Assembly: GCA_017479925.1 (NCBI GenBank)
Contig: JAFVBP010000274.1
Span: forward strand, 1-40,560
Length of the DNA: 40,560 nucleotides
Reading direction: 5' to 3'
Origin: Selenomonadaceae bacterium
GTDB lineage: Bacteria > Bacillota > Negativicutes > Selenomonadales > Selenomonadaceae
This document shows, one piece after another, positions 26,004 to 33,687 of the stretch (position 1 is its first letter; each line of letters opens with the position of its first letter). The notes beneath the pieces are model-generated. The model worked only from the letters and a program-made list of their open reading frames with translations. It was not told the origin of the DNA and did not search any database. A program made the translations under genes and the position numbers.

Positions 26004-27031
26004 ACCAAACCGTCGGCAATCATGCGTTCGGCGATTTGCAAAGCGTTCAATGCCGCGCCTTTGCGAATTTGGTCGCCGCAGACCCAAAGATTCAAGCCGT
26101 GCTCAATCGAAAAATCTTTGCGGATTCGTCCGACTTCAACGTCGTCTTTGCCCGAAGTTTCAAGCGGTTGCGGATAAATCATTTCGTCGGGATTGTCGCG
26201 CACGATAACGCCGGGGAAATTTTCCAACGCTTTGCGGGCGTCGTCGACCGAAACTTCGTCCGCGAATTCGACGTTGACGCTTTCGGCATGACTGCGGTAC
26301 ACGGGCACGCGAATTGTCGTCGCCGTCACGCGAAGGTTGTCGTCCTCCATGATTTTGCGCGTCTCGTCGACCATCTTCATTTCTTCCTTGGTGTAGCGGT
26401 TGTCCATGAAAACATCAATTTGCGGCAAAAGATTCGAGGCGATTTGGTAATGCTTGTCGAGTTTGGCGACGGGCAAAACTTTGGCGGTAATTTCTTCGCC
26501 GCGTGCAAGTGCTTCGAGTTGCGTTTTAAGTTCGTCCATGCCTTCGCGACCGGCACCGCTGACCGCTTGATACGTCGACACGACAACGCGCTTTATCGGC
26601 GACAGGTTGTAGAGCGGTTTGAGTGCCATGACCATAATTATTGTCGAGCAGTTCGGGTTCGCGATAATGCCTTTGTGCCGACGAATTGCCTGCGGATTGA
26701 CTTCGGGCACGACGAGCGGCACGTTCGGATCCATGCGGAAGTTCGACGAATTGTCGATGACGACCGCGCCCGCTTTGACCGCCGCCGGTGCGAAAAGTTT
26801 GCTTGCCGCGCCGCCCGCGAACAATGCAAATTTCACGCCGTCGAACGAGTTTTCGGTTGTTTCTTCGACGGTGTAATCGCGTCCCATGAAGTTAATTTTC
26901 TTGCCCGCCGAACGCGAAGACGCCAAAAGTTTCAGCTCACCGAAGGGAAAGTTGCGCTCTTCGATGAGTTTCAAGAATTCCTGACCGACCGCGCCTGTTG
27001 CGCCGACGATAGCCGTGTTGAATCGTTTCAC
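26000..27031 (-). CDS. asd: aspartate-semialdehyde dehydrogenase
   Basis: MKRFNTAIVGATGAVGQEF...IANPNCSTI...SGAG... Confidence 0.95.
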   Translation of the reverse strand: MKRFNTAIVGATGAVGQEFLKLIEERNFPFGELKLLASSRSAGKKINFMGRDYTVEETTENSFDGVKFALFAGGAASKLFAPAAVKAGAVVIDNSSNFRMDPNVPLVVPEVNPQAIRRHKGIIANPNCSTIIMVMALKPLYNLSPIKRVVVSTYQAVSGAGREGMDELKTQLEALARGEEITAKVLPVAKLDKHYQIASNLLPQIDVFMDNRYTKEEMKMVDETRKIMEDDNLRVTATTIRVPVYRSHAESVNVEFADEVSVDDARKALENFPGVIVRDNPDEMIYPQPLETSGKDDVEVGRIRKDFSIEHGLNLWVCGDQIRKGAALNALQIAERMIADGLV

Positions 27032-27255
27032 AAAAGTTGCCTCCTTGATTAGAGCGTGTTGGTAAACTCAAAATTACGATGTGACGAGGAATTTTTTCGA
27101 CTGACGAGGCGTCAGCGCGATAGCGTATAGAAATACGCTGAGCGCGTAACAACGAAGTCAGGCGGAAAAATAACCGTCACTTGTCGGATTTTACCAAAAG
27201 CCCCTAATTTGTACGCGAAATCCTACCACAGCACCTGTCGACGCGCAACTTAAAT

Positions 27256-27284
27256 TTGCGTTTTCGGGCGACGTTTGATATATT
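27256..27284 (+). promoter_or_regulatory. putative sigma70-type promoter for the GIY-YIG gene
   Basis: TTGCGT, a 17-nt spacer, then TATATT. Confidence 0.45.
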
Positions 27285-27320
27285 TTTCCGCGACGAAACT
27301 TTTTTGGCGGAGGCGACGAC

Positions 27321-28124
27321 GTGGCAAATTCGATTGACATGAACGTAACTGTGCGTGACGGGATAACTGCGTGCACGAACAAAAACGGCGTTGAAATCAT
27401 CTGCAAAATCCCGCGCAACAGTTTGGCGGCGTGTGGCGACATTGCCGAACTCAAGCACGGCGGAATTTATTTGCTTGTCGGCGAACGTGACGGTCGTCAA
27501 ATGATTTACGTCGGACACAGCGTCGGCGGTCTTTTCGACAAACTTCGCGAACACGATCGCGATACCGATAAAAATTTCTGGACGAAAGCTATCGTTTTCA
27601 CAACGGCGGATAATTCTTTCGGCGCACGGGAAATTATTTGGCTTGAAGATAAATTTTTCGACGACCTCAAAAGCGCGGGCAACTTTGCCGTCAAAATCAG
27701 CGACGATGAATCGCTCGACAAATTTGAAGCGCACGCCGAACGCGCCCGACTGGTTTTAAGCGCAATCGGTTGCAAAATTTTTGAGCCGTTGCCCGCCGCT
27801 CAAAACGACAAAGAAATTTTTTACCTGTCGCGCACGATTAAGAAACTCGGTCGCAAAGTCAACGCGAAGATGAAACGCACGTCGACGGGCTACAGAGTTC
27901 TTGCCGGCAGCGAAATTGTTTTGGTTGACGACGGCAACCGCCCGCTTAACGTGATGAATGCCCGCCGCGACGCAAAAATTATCGACGGCAAATTGCTCGA
28001 AGACGTGGAATTTTCCAAACCGTCGCCCGCCGCCGAATTTGTCTTGGGAATGTCCGCAAACGGCTATCAAGATTGGAAAACGCGTGACGGCGTGACGTTG
28101 TGCGATATTTTGGGCAGAGGTTGA
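27321..28124 (+). CDS. GIY-YIG nuclease domain protein with C-terminal DUF4357-type domain
   Basis: GTG follows GGAGG. Contains GIYLLVGERDGRQMIYVGHS...R...WLEDKF, and the C-terminus reads FSKPSPAAEFVLGMSANGYQDWKTRDGVTL. Confidence 0.8.
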   Translation: MANSIDMNVTVRDGITACTNKNGVEIICKIPRNSLAACGDIAELKHGGIYLLVGERDGRQMIYVGHSVGGLFDKLREHDRDTDKNFWTKAIVFTTADNSFGAREIIWLEDKFFDDLKSAGNFAVKISDDESLDKFEAHAERARLVLSAIGCKIFEPLPAAQNDKEIFYLSRTIKKLGRKVNAKMKRTSTGYRVLAGSEIVLVDDGNRPLNVMNARRDAKIIDGKLLEDVEFSKPSPAAEFVLGMSANGYQDWKTRDGVTLCDILGRG

Positions 28125-28250
28125 CCGCGCAGGGCAACGACCTTGCCGACGGGCAATGTGCCAACTTGATAATCGCCGATACCGACGCTTGGCGACGACT
28201 CAACGTCAAAAAAGCGACAGCGTGACGTTTGAACAACATTACAGGAGGTA

Positions 28251-28724
28251 ATGACCTTGTCCATTGAACGAGTGAAAAAATTTTTTGCCGATATTGGCGA
28301 ACCCGAACGCGTCATTGAGTTTGAACAGTCCACCGCCACAAGCGAACAAGCCGCGCAGGCTTTGAATTGCGAAGTCGGACGAATCGCCAAAACAATTTCG
28401 GTCTTCGTTGACAAAAAGCCCGCGTTGATTTTAATTTCGGGCGACATGAAGCTCGACAACAAAAAGTTCAAGGCGCAATTCAACTGCCGCCCGCAGATGA
28501 TTCCCGTCGCCGACGTGGAAAATTTAATCGGGCACGCTGTCGGCGGAGTTTGTCCGTTTGCCGTCAACGAAGGCGTTCCGATTTACCTTGACGCGTCGCT
28601 CAACCGTTTCGACGTGATTTATCCCGCGGCGGGCAACGACCGAAGTTGCGCGAAGTTCAAGCTTGACGAACTCGACCGTTACATAAAATTCGCGGGGCGC
28701 GTCGATGTCGGCAAGCCGAAATGA
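28251..28724 (+). CDS. YbaK/EbsC-type aminoacyl-tRNA deacylase domain protein
   Basis: AKTISVFVDKKPALILISGDMKLDNKKFK...HAVGGVCPF. Confidence 0.75.
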   Translation: MTLSIERVKKFFADIGEPERVIEFEQSTATSEQAAQALNCEVGRIAKTISVFVDKKPALILISGDMKLDNKKFKAQFNCRPQMIPVADVENLIGHAVGGVCPFAVNEGVPIYLDASLNRFDVIYPAAGNDRSCAKFKLDELDRYIKFAGRVDVGKPK

Positions 28725-28733
28725 GGTGACGAC

Positions 28734-29372
28734 ATGTTGAAAAATTTTTTCGCGGGAGTTTTGGCGGCCGTGATTATTTTTGCGTCAAGCCCGACTTTGG
28801 CGCAGTACGAGGACGACGGCGAAACTATCACCGAAGTTCCGACCGAAATTTACATGTGGGTTCAGTCCACACCGCGAGGAAATTACTGGTTCAATCACAG
28901 CGATTCGGGCTATCGCGTCAAAGACGACGGCACGCTTGACCTGTACACGCTCATGGTGCCGACAGTCATCATGTACGACAACGTTCAAATTCAAGACGTG
29001 ATTCAAAAACGCAAGTGGCGCAAACTTTCGCTTGAAGGTTACGACAGACTTGCCGGGCGTGCGGATTTTTTGAAATTTGACCTGCGCAACATGACCGTTC
29101 AGGTTGTCGAACGCGTCGATTTGGACGACACTTGGGCGCATCTCGACAAAGACACTTCGGGCGAGCCTGTCAAATTGACGAGTATTCCCGTCAAAGATGT
29201 GCGCTACAATTTCTATCGGACGATTTTGGAGTGGGCACGCGCTCACAACGAATTGATTATCGCCCGTTCACGCGGACATTTAAGCGACGCCGACGGTGAT
29301 CTTTTGATTACCGAGGTGCCAATCAACAAAATTTTCATACCGCCCGCCGAAAACGATTCGACGCCCGATTGA
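28734..29372 (+). CDS. secreted hypothetical protein
   Basis: RBS is GAGGTG. The signal peptide is MLKNFFAGVLAAVIIFASSPTLA/QY. Confidence 0.65.
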   Translation: MLKNFFAGVLAAVIIFASSPTLAQYEDDGETITEVPTEIYMWVQSTPRGNYWFNHSDSGYRVKDDGTLDLYTLMVPTVIMYDNVQIQDVIQKRKWRKLSLEGYDRLAGRADFLKFDLRNMTVQVVERVDLDDTWAHLDKDTSGEPVKLTSIPVKDVRYNFYRTILEWARAHNELIIARSRGHLSDADGDLLITEVPINKIFIPPAENDSTPD

Positions 29373-29427
29373 CGGCAAAAATTTCTTGACAACGAAAAAT
29401 GCCAATGGTAAACTGCGCTTGTTTTGC

Positions 29428-29519
29428 GGAACGGTGGCCGAGTTGGTCTAAGGCGCACGCCTGGAAAGTGTGTACTCGCGAATAACGGGTCGGAGGTTCG
29501 AATCCTCTCCGTTCCGCCA
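29428..29519 (+). tRNA. tRNA-Ser (anticodon GGA), CCA encoded
   Basis: Acceptor stem GGAACGG/CCGTTCC, anticodon loop CTGGAAA, long variable arm and T-arm GGAGGTTCGAATCCTCT. Confidence 0.9.
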
Positions 29520-29530
29520 TAAAATTTTTC

Positions 29531-29662
29531 GGCTGTGAGCGCAGGATTCGGCTTCACCGGACAACGGACGCTGATTGCCTTCGGCCAGGACAATACTGTA
29601 GCAACCGAGACTTACGCAGTGTTCAGCTTCGGCTATGAAGGTCGAGTCTTGCGCTGACAGTC
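29531..29662 (+). ncRNA. ffs: probable 4.5S-type SRP RNA
   Basis: It folds as a rod-like hairpin; 29531-29556 pairs with 29636-29662. The apex GGCCAGG-ACA-AUAC-UGU-AGCAACC (29583-29606) has the architecture of E. coli GGUCAGG-UCC-GGAA-GGA-AGCAGCC. It has tRNA-Ser/dnaX synteny and its own terminator. Confidence 0.55.
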
Positions 29663-29666
29663 GAAA

Positions 29667-29702
29667 TAAAAAATTCCCCGTCACACGGCGGGGAGTTTTT
29701 TT
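29667..29702 (+). terminator. rho-independent terminator
   Basis: Stem CCCCG-TCACAC-GGCGGGG is followed by AGTTTTTTTT. Confidence 0.7.
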
Positions 29703-29715
29703 GTGTCCGTTGACG

Positions 29716-29877
29716 CAAAAATTTCCGTCACGGCGACAACGCGACACGTCTCAATCGAAGCAAACCGCGACGTTATCACAAAAAATTTCCGTCACACGAC
29801 AACGCGACACGTCTCAATCGAAGCAAACCGCGACGTTATCACAAAAATTTCCGTCACACGGCGGGGATTTTTTCGTT
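29716..29877 (+). repeat. 63-64-nt tandem duplication (2 full units plus a terminator-like partial unit)
   Basis: The unit caaaaatttccgtcac(a)cg(g)cgacaacgcgacacgtctcaatcgaagcaaaccgcgacgttatca occurs at 29716-29779 and 29779-29842. The third unit ends in the intact hairpin tccgtcacacggcgggga plus a T6 run. Confidence 0.85.
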
Positions 29878-29950
29878 GCAGGTCAAACTGTTGACGGCGC
29901 GAAGTCACTTCGATAAAATTCCGCGCAGAAAATTTACGGAGGAAAATTCC

Positions 29951-31408
29951 ATGGCACACGAAGCACTTTACGTTCGCTCTCGCCCGAAAAATCTTGGCAC
30001 TCTCGTCGGGCAAGATCACATTACGACGGCGTTGGTTCAAGCAGTTTCAAGCAACAAACTTTCGCACGCTTACTTACTCGTCGGCACACGCGGCACGGGC
30101 AAAACTTCCACGGCGCGGCTTTTGGCAAAAGCACTCAACTGCGAAACCGTACGCGAAGCGCAGTCTGCCGGTCGTCCGCTCGACAAAAGCGAAATTCCCT
30201 GCAACAAATGCGCCGCTTGCCGAAATTTCAGTTCGTCGCCCGACAATGTGGAATTCGACGCCGCGTCAAACCGTTCCGTCGAAGACATAACGCGGGTTTT
30301 GTCGACGGCTTACCTTGCGCCGCTTGCCTCACGCACGAAAACTTTCATCATCGACGAAGTTCACATGCTGTCAAACGAGGCGATTAACTCGATACTCAAA
30401 CTCATCGAAGAGCCGCCGCCGAACGTCACGTTTTTTTTGGCGACGACGGAACTCAACAAAGTACCAATGACAATTCGCTCGCGCTGTCAGGTGCTCAACT
30501 TCCGACTGATTTCGCAACCGACAATCGCGTCCTACATGAAATGGGTCGCTAAGCGGCTGTCAGTCAACTTGCACGACGACGCGGCGAAAAAAATTGCGCG
30601 ACTTGCCGAAGGTTCCATGCGTGACGCCGTAACTTACCTTGATCAGTGTTCGTCATGCGGCAAAGAAATTTCGCTTGCCGACGTTGACGAAATGCTCGGC
30701 TTGATTTCCGACGAGAAACTTGACGCGATAATTTCAGCCGTGCGTGCCCGCGACAGAAAATTGACCGCCGCAACGATAACCAAAGCTTTCGATTCGGGCG
30801 TCGCGGCAAATTCAATCGCCGAATCTTTGATAACTCGCCTGCGCGACGTGGAATTTGCCCGACTCAATCGCGGCGAAAAATCTTTACCCGACACCGACAA
30901 TTTCGTCGACGCTCTGCGCAAGTCGATAAGCGAAATGTACGGTTCGGGCATTCCTGACATTATTTTGGAAATGACGCTTTTGAAACTTGCCGCACCCGCT
31001 CAAACGACCGTGCAAAATTTCGCGCAGGTTCAAAACGTCGCGTCAACTCGTCCGACCGGCTCGAATCTTGACGCGGGCAAGAAAATTTTCTATGATGTGG
31101 CGAACACTTTCGGCGGCGGCGGCGACGGCATTGACGCTCTGCTCGACAAGGCGATTGTCACGGATTTTTCGGGCGACATGATGACTTTGGGTTTCAAGTC
31201 CGCACCGATGGCGACCATGTTCGAGAAAAATCATCTTGACAAATTTGAGCAAGCCCTCGAACAGGCGACGGGGCACAAGATAAAAGTTTCCCTGCGCGTC
31301 GACAAAAATTTTCCCGCGCCGATATTGGATCGGGTCAGTGAATCCGACAGAACGGCTTTGGCGGGCGCACTGAACGCATTCGGTGCTTCCGACGCCAAAA
31401 AGATTTAA
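29951..31408 (+). CDS. dnaX: DNA polymerase III subunit gamma/tau
   Basis: ATG follows GGAGG: MAHEALYVRSRPKNLGTLVGQDHI...HAYLLVGTRGTGKTS...CNKCAACRNF...IIDEVHMLS. Confidence 0.9.
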   Translation: MAHEALYVRSRPKNLGTLVGQDHITTALVQAVSSNKLSHAYLLVGTRGTGKTSTARLLAKALNCETVREAQSAGRPLDKSEIPCNKCAACRNFSSSPDNVEFDAASNRSVEDITRVLSTAYLAPLASRTKTFIIDEVHMLSNEAINSILKLIEEPPPNVTFFLATTELNKVPMTIRSRCQVLNFRLISQPTIASYMKWVAKRLSVNLHDDAAKKIARLAEGSMRDAVTYLDQCSSCGKEISLADVDEMLGLISDEKLDAIISAVRARDRKLTAATITKAFDSGVAANSIAESLITRLRDVEFARLNRGEKSLPDTDNFVDALRKSISEMYGSGIPDIILEMTLLKLAAPAQTTVQNFAQVQNVASTRPTGSNLDAGKKIFYDVANTFGGGGDGIDALLDKAIVTDFSGDMMTLGFKSAPMATMFEKNHLDKFEQALEQATGHKIKVSLRVDKNFPAPILDRVSESDRTALAGALNAFGASDAKKI

Positions 31409-31426
31409 CGTGAGGAGAGATTTTCA

Positions 31427-31828
31427 ATGGCACAACAAGGCGGTTTTCAAGGCGGCGGCTTTGACTTGAACGCGATTATGCGGCAAGCTCAGGCACTGCA
31501 ACGTTCCTTCGAGGAAAACAAAGCCAAACTTAAGCAGGAAACGGCCACGGCAACCGTCGGCGGCGGCATGGTAAGCGCAACCGTCGACGGCGAAAAAGTC
31601 GTTAAAGAAATCAAAATCGCGCCCGAACTCGTCCAAGACGGCGACGTCAGCGCGATTGAAGATTTGGTTGTCAGCGCAGTCAACGCCGCCAACGTCGAAA
31701 TCGAAAAGAAAATCAACGCGAACATGTCGACCTTTGCGGGCAACGCGCTCGGCGGTCTCGGTGCCAATTTGGGCAACATGGGCGACCTTATCGGCAAATT
31801 CCTCGGCGGCGGAAACCTTCCAAAGTAA
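31427..31828 (+). CDS. ybaB: YbaB/EbfC nucleoid-associated protein (with Gly-rich tail)
   Basis: MRQAQALQRSFEENKAKL...ATVGGGMVSATVDGEKVVKEIKIAPELV; it lies between dnaX and recR. Confidence 0.85.
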   Translation: MAQQGGFQGGGFDLNAIMRQAQALQRSFEENKAKLKQETATATVGGGMVSATVDGEKVVKEIKIAPELVQDGDVSAIEDLVVSAVNAANVEIEKKINANMSTFAGNALGGLGANLGNMGDLIGKFLGGGNLPK

Positions 31829-31847
31829 GTTACTTTTAAAAAGTAAC
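31829..31847 (+). repeat. minimal M1-only hairpin of the composite element
   Basis: gttacttttaaaaagtaac followed by caaac; it begins 1 nt after the ybaB stop. Confidence 0.6.
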
Positions 31848-31934
31848 CAAACAATTTGCGCGTCCTAACCGCTCGTCGTTTGAACGTTATCGCCGCGTGT
31901 CCGACGTTACCAAACGTTTGTACAGGAAATTTTT

Positions 31935-32534
31935 ATGAGTTCAAAAGCTATGACGGCTCTCGTCGAGTCGTTGATGAAATTGCCGGGCGTCGGTGCCAAA
32001 ACTGCCGCTCGGCTTGCTTATCATATCGTCGACATGAAAGCCGAAGACGTGATGAATTTGGCTGAAGCGATTCGCTCCGTCAAAAACGAAACGCACGCTT
32101 GCGAAATTTGTTTCAACACGATTGACGCCGACAAAACTGTCTGCGATATTTGCGCCTCCGACAAGCGCGACGGAAAAATCGTCTGCGTCGTCAAAGATGC
32201 CAAAGATCTTGACGCCATTGAACGCACAGGCTCGTTCGACGGCAAATATCACGTGACGGGCGGGCTGATTTCGCCGCTTGCGGGCGTGTCACAAAACGAT
32301 ATTCACCTGCGCGAACTGATTAAACGCGTCCGCGACGAAAACATCGAAGAAATTATCGTGGCATTTGAGCCGACTGTCGAAGGCGACGCGACCGCATTGC
32401 TGATTTCCCGACTGCTTAATCCCGCGGGCGTCAAAGTCACCAAACTTGCACGCGGCATGGCTGTCGGCGCGGACTTGTCGGGCACGGACAACTTGACAAT
32501 CGCCAAAGCCATCGAAAATCGCGTACCCGTGTAA
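31935..32534 (+). CDS. recR: recombination protein RecR
   Basis: LMKLPGVGAKTAARLAYH...CEICFN...CDIC...; Toprim region. Confidence 0.95.
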   Translation: MSSKAMTALVESLMKLPGVGAKTAARLAYHIVDMKAEDVMNLAEAIRSVKNETHACEICFNTIDADKTVCDICASDKRDGKIVCVVKDAKDLDAIERTGSFDGKYHVTGGLISPLAGVSQNDIHLRELIKRVRDENIEEIIVAFEPTVEGDATALLISRLLNPAGVKVTKLARGMAVGADLSGTDNLTIAKAIENRVPV

Positions 32535-32537
32535 ATT

Positions 32538-32572
32538 CAATTAGGAATTAGCAGTTAGGAATTTGGAATTGT
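32538..32572 (+). repeat. heptad array family B, copy B3
   Basis: caattag gaattag cagttag gaatttg gaattgt. Confidence 0.85.
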
Positions 32573-32595
32573 CGACTTCGGTCGGCAATTTTTTT
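32571..32595 (+). terminator. rho-independent terminator after recR
   Basis: Stem GTCGAC, UUCG loop, GTCGGC, then AA and a T7 run. Confidence 0.75.
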
Positions 32596-32631
32596 GCGAA
32601 AACATTGGATTCGTCGAAACGTCGCGGATGA
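32578..32631. repeat. 54-nt direct repeat, left copy
   Basis: tcggtcggcaatttttttgcgaaaacattggattcgtcgaaacgtcgcggatga. Confidence 0.9.
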
Positions 32632-32633
32632 CA

Positions 32634-32662
32634 CCAGTTGTTCCCCCGCTTTTAAAGCGGGC
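32634..32662 (+). repeat. N module, copy N5 (between the two direct repeats)
   Basis: ccagttgttcccccgcttttaaagcgggc. Confidence 0.75.
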
Positions 32663-32716
32663 GGTCGGCGATTTTTTTTTGCGAAAACGTCGAATTCGTC
32701 GAAACGTAGCGGATGA
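32661..32716. repeat. 56-nt direct repeat, right copy
   Basis: gcggtcggcgatttttttttgcgaaaacgtcgaattcgtcgaaacgtagcggatga. Confidence 0.9.
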
Positions 32717-32720
32717 AACT

Positions 32721-32743
32721 AATTGGATGCAACGTCACGTTGC
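32721..32743 (-). repeat. P module, copy P2 (inverted)
   Basis: aattggatgcaacgtcacgttgc. Confidence 0.7.
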
Positions 32744-32750
32744 TTCGCGC

Positions 32751-32779
32751 AAAAAAAAAATCCCGACACGTCGTCGGGA
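32751..32779 (-). terminator. rho-independent terminator after the DeoR gene
   Basis: Stem TCCCGAC/GTCGGGA is followed by a U10 run on the minus strand. Confidence 0.7.
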
Positions 32780-32787
32780 GCAACGGT

Positions 32788-33558
32788 TCAATCCGCCGAA
32801 ATGATTTTCACGCCCAATTTTTGAGCCGCACGCGTCAATTCGGCGGGAAGTTTTGTGTCGGTGATAATGCCGCTGACTTTGTCAAGCGTCGCGAAACTGT
32901 AAGTGCTTTCCAAGCCGATTTTGCGCGATTCGGCGACAATGTAATTCGTCTTGCACAGATCAAGAATTTTCGCCTTGTGCAGACCGCTTTCGGTGTTGCG
33001 CGACGTCAAAGAATTTCGCACAATGTCCACGCCGTACAAGCCGATAAACGCGACGTCGGGGCGAAAACTCGACATGAATTGCATGTTCAGCCCGTCGACG
33101 AAACCGTCGCGACTGCTGTTGATCTGTCCGCCCGCGAAAAACAAATTTATCTTCGGGTTGCGCGCCAACATGACGACAACGTCAATCATGTTCGTCAAAA
33201 TTTTATACGGCGTGTCCGTTCGCTCCAAAATTTCCGCGATGGCAATGTTTATCGTCGAGATGTCCAGGAAAATCAAATCTTGCGGCTGCATGAGCTTGAC
33301 GGCTTCGGCGGCGATTTTGCGTTTGGCCTCCACGTCGGAAATCCTGCGTCGGTGCGCTTCGGTCATCTGCAGTTTTTCGGCAATGGTAACCGCGCCGCCA
33401 TACGTGCGTTTGAGTTTGCCGTCGAGTTCAAGCGAACTTAAATCTTTGCGGATTGAATCTTCCGTGACGCCGAAAATCTCCGCCAGTTCTTTGACGAGGA
33501 CTTTGCCGTCGCGGTTGAGCATTTCAAGAATCTTGGCTTGACGTTCTTCCAAAAACAT
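32788..33558 (-). CDS. DeoR-family transcriptional regulator
   Basis: ATG follows GAGGTGAC: MFLEERQAKILEMLNRDGKVLVKELAEIFGVTEDSIRKDLSSLE, plus a C-terminal DeoR sugar-binding-type domain. Confidence 0.85.
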   Translation of the reverse strand: MFLEERQAKILEMLNRDGKVLVKELAEIFGVTEDSIRKDLSSLELDGKLKRTYGGAVTIAEKLQMTEAHRRRISDVEAKRKIAAEAVKLMQPQDLIFLDISTINIAIAEILERTDTPYKILTNMIDVVVMLARNPKINLFFAGGQINSSRDGFVDGLNMQFMSSFRPDVAFIGLYGVDIVRNSLTSRNTESGLHKAKILDLCKTNYIVAESRKIGLESTYSFATLDKVSGIITDTKLPAELTRAAQKLGVKIISAD

Positions 33559-33687
33559 TTCGGTCACCTCGCAATGGTTGCAAGAATCGCGCAAAGTATA
33601 TCACGTTTCGACGGTCGCCGCAAAGAAGTTTTTGCCCGCAGTTGAATTTTGTTGTAAAATATTCTCATTCGGAAGGAGGCGAACGCG

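Noticed and set aside
29716-29877. A CRISPR array.
   Set aside because: The units are contiguous 63-nt tandem copies with no unique spacers, there are only about 2.5 units, and there are no cas genes or leader.
30587-30593. An A7 run in dnaX as a programmed frameshift or transcriptional slippage site producing a gamma subunit.
   Set aside because: It lies at codon ~213 of 486, well before the domain III boundary used in known cases. The -1 frame terminates after ~14 codons, which would give a product too short to be a clamp-loader subunit. It is also not a canonical A-AAA-AAG context.
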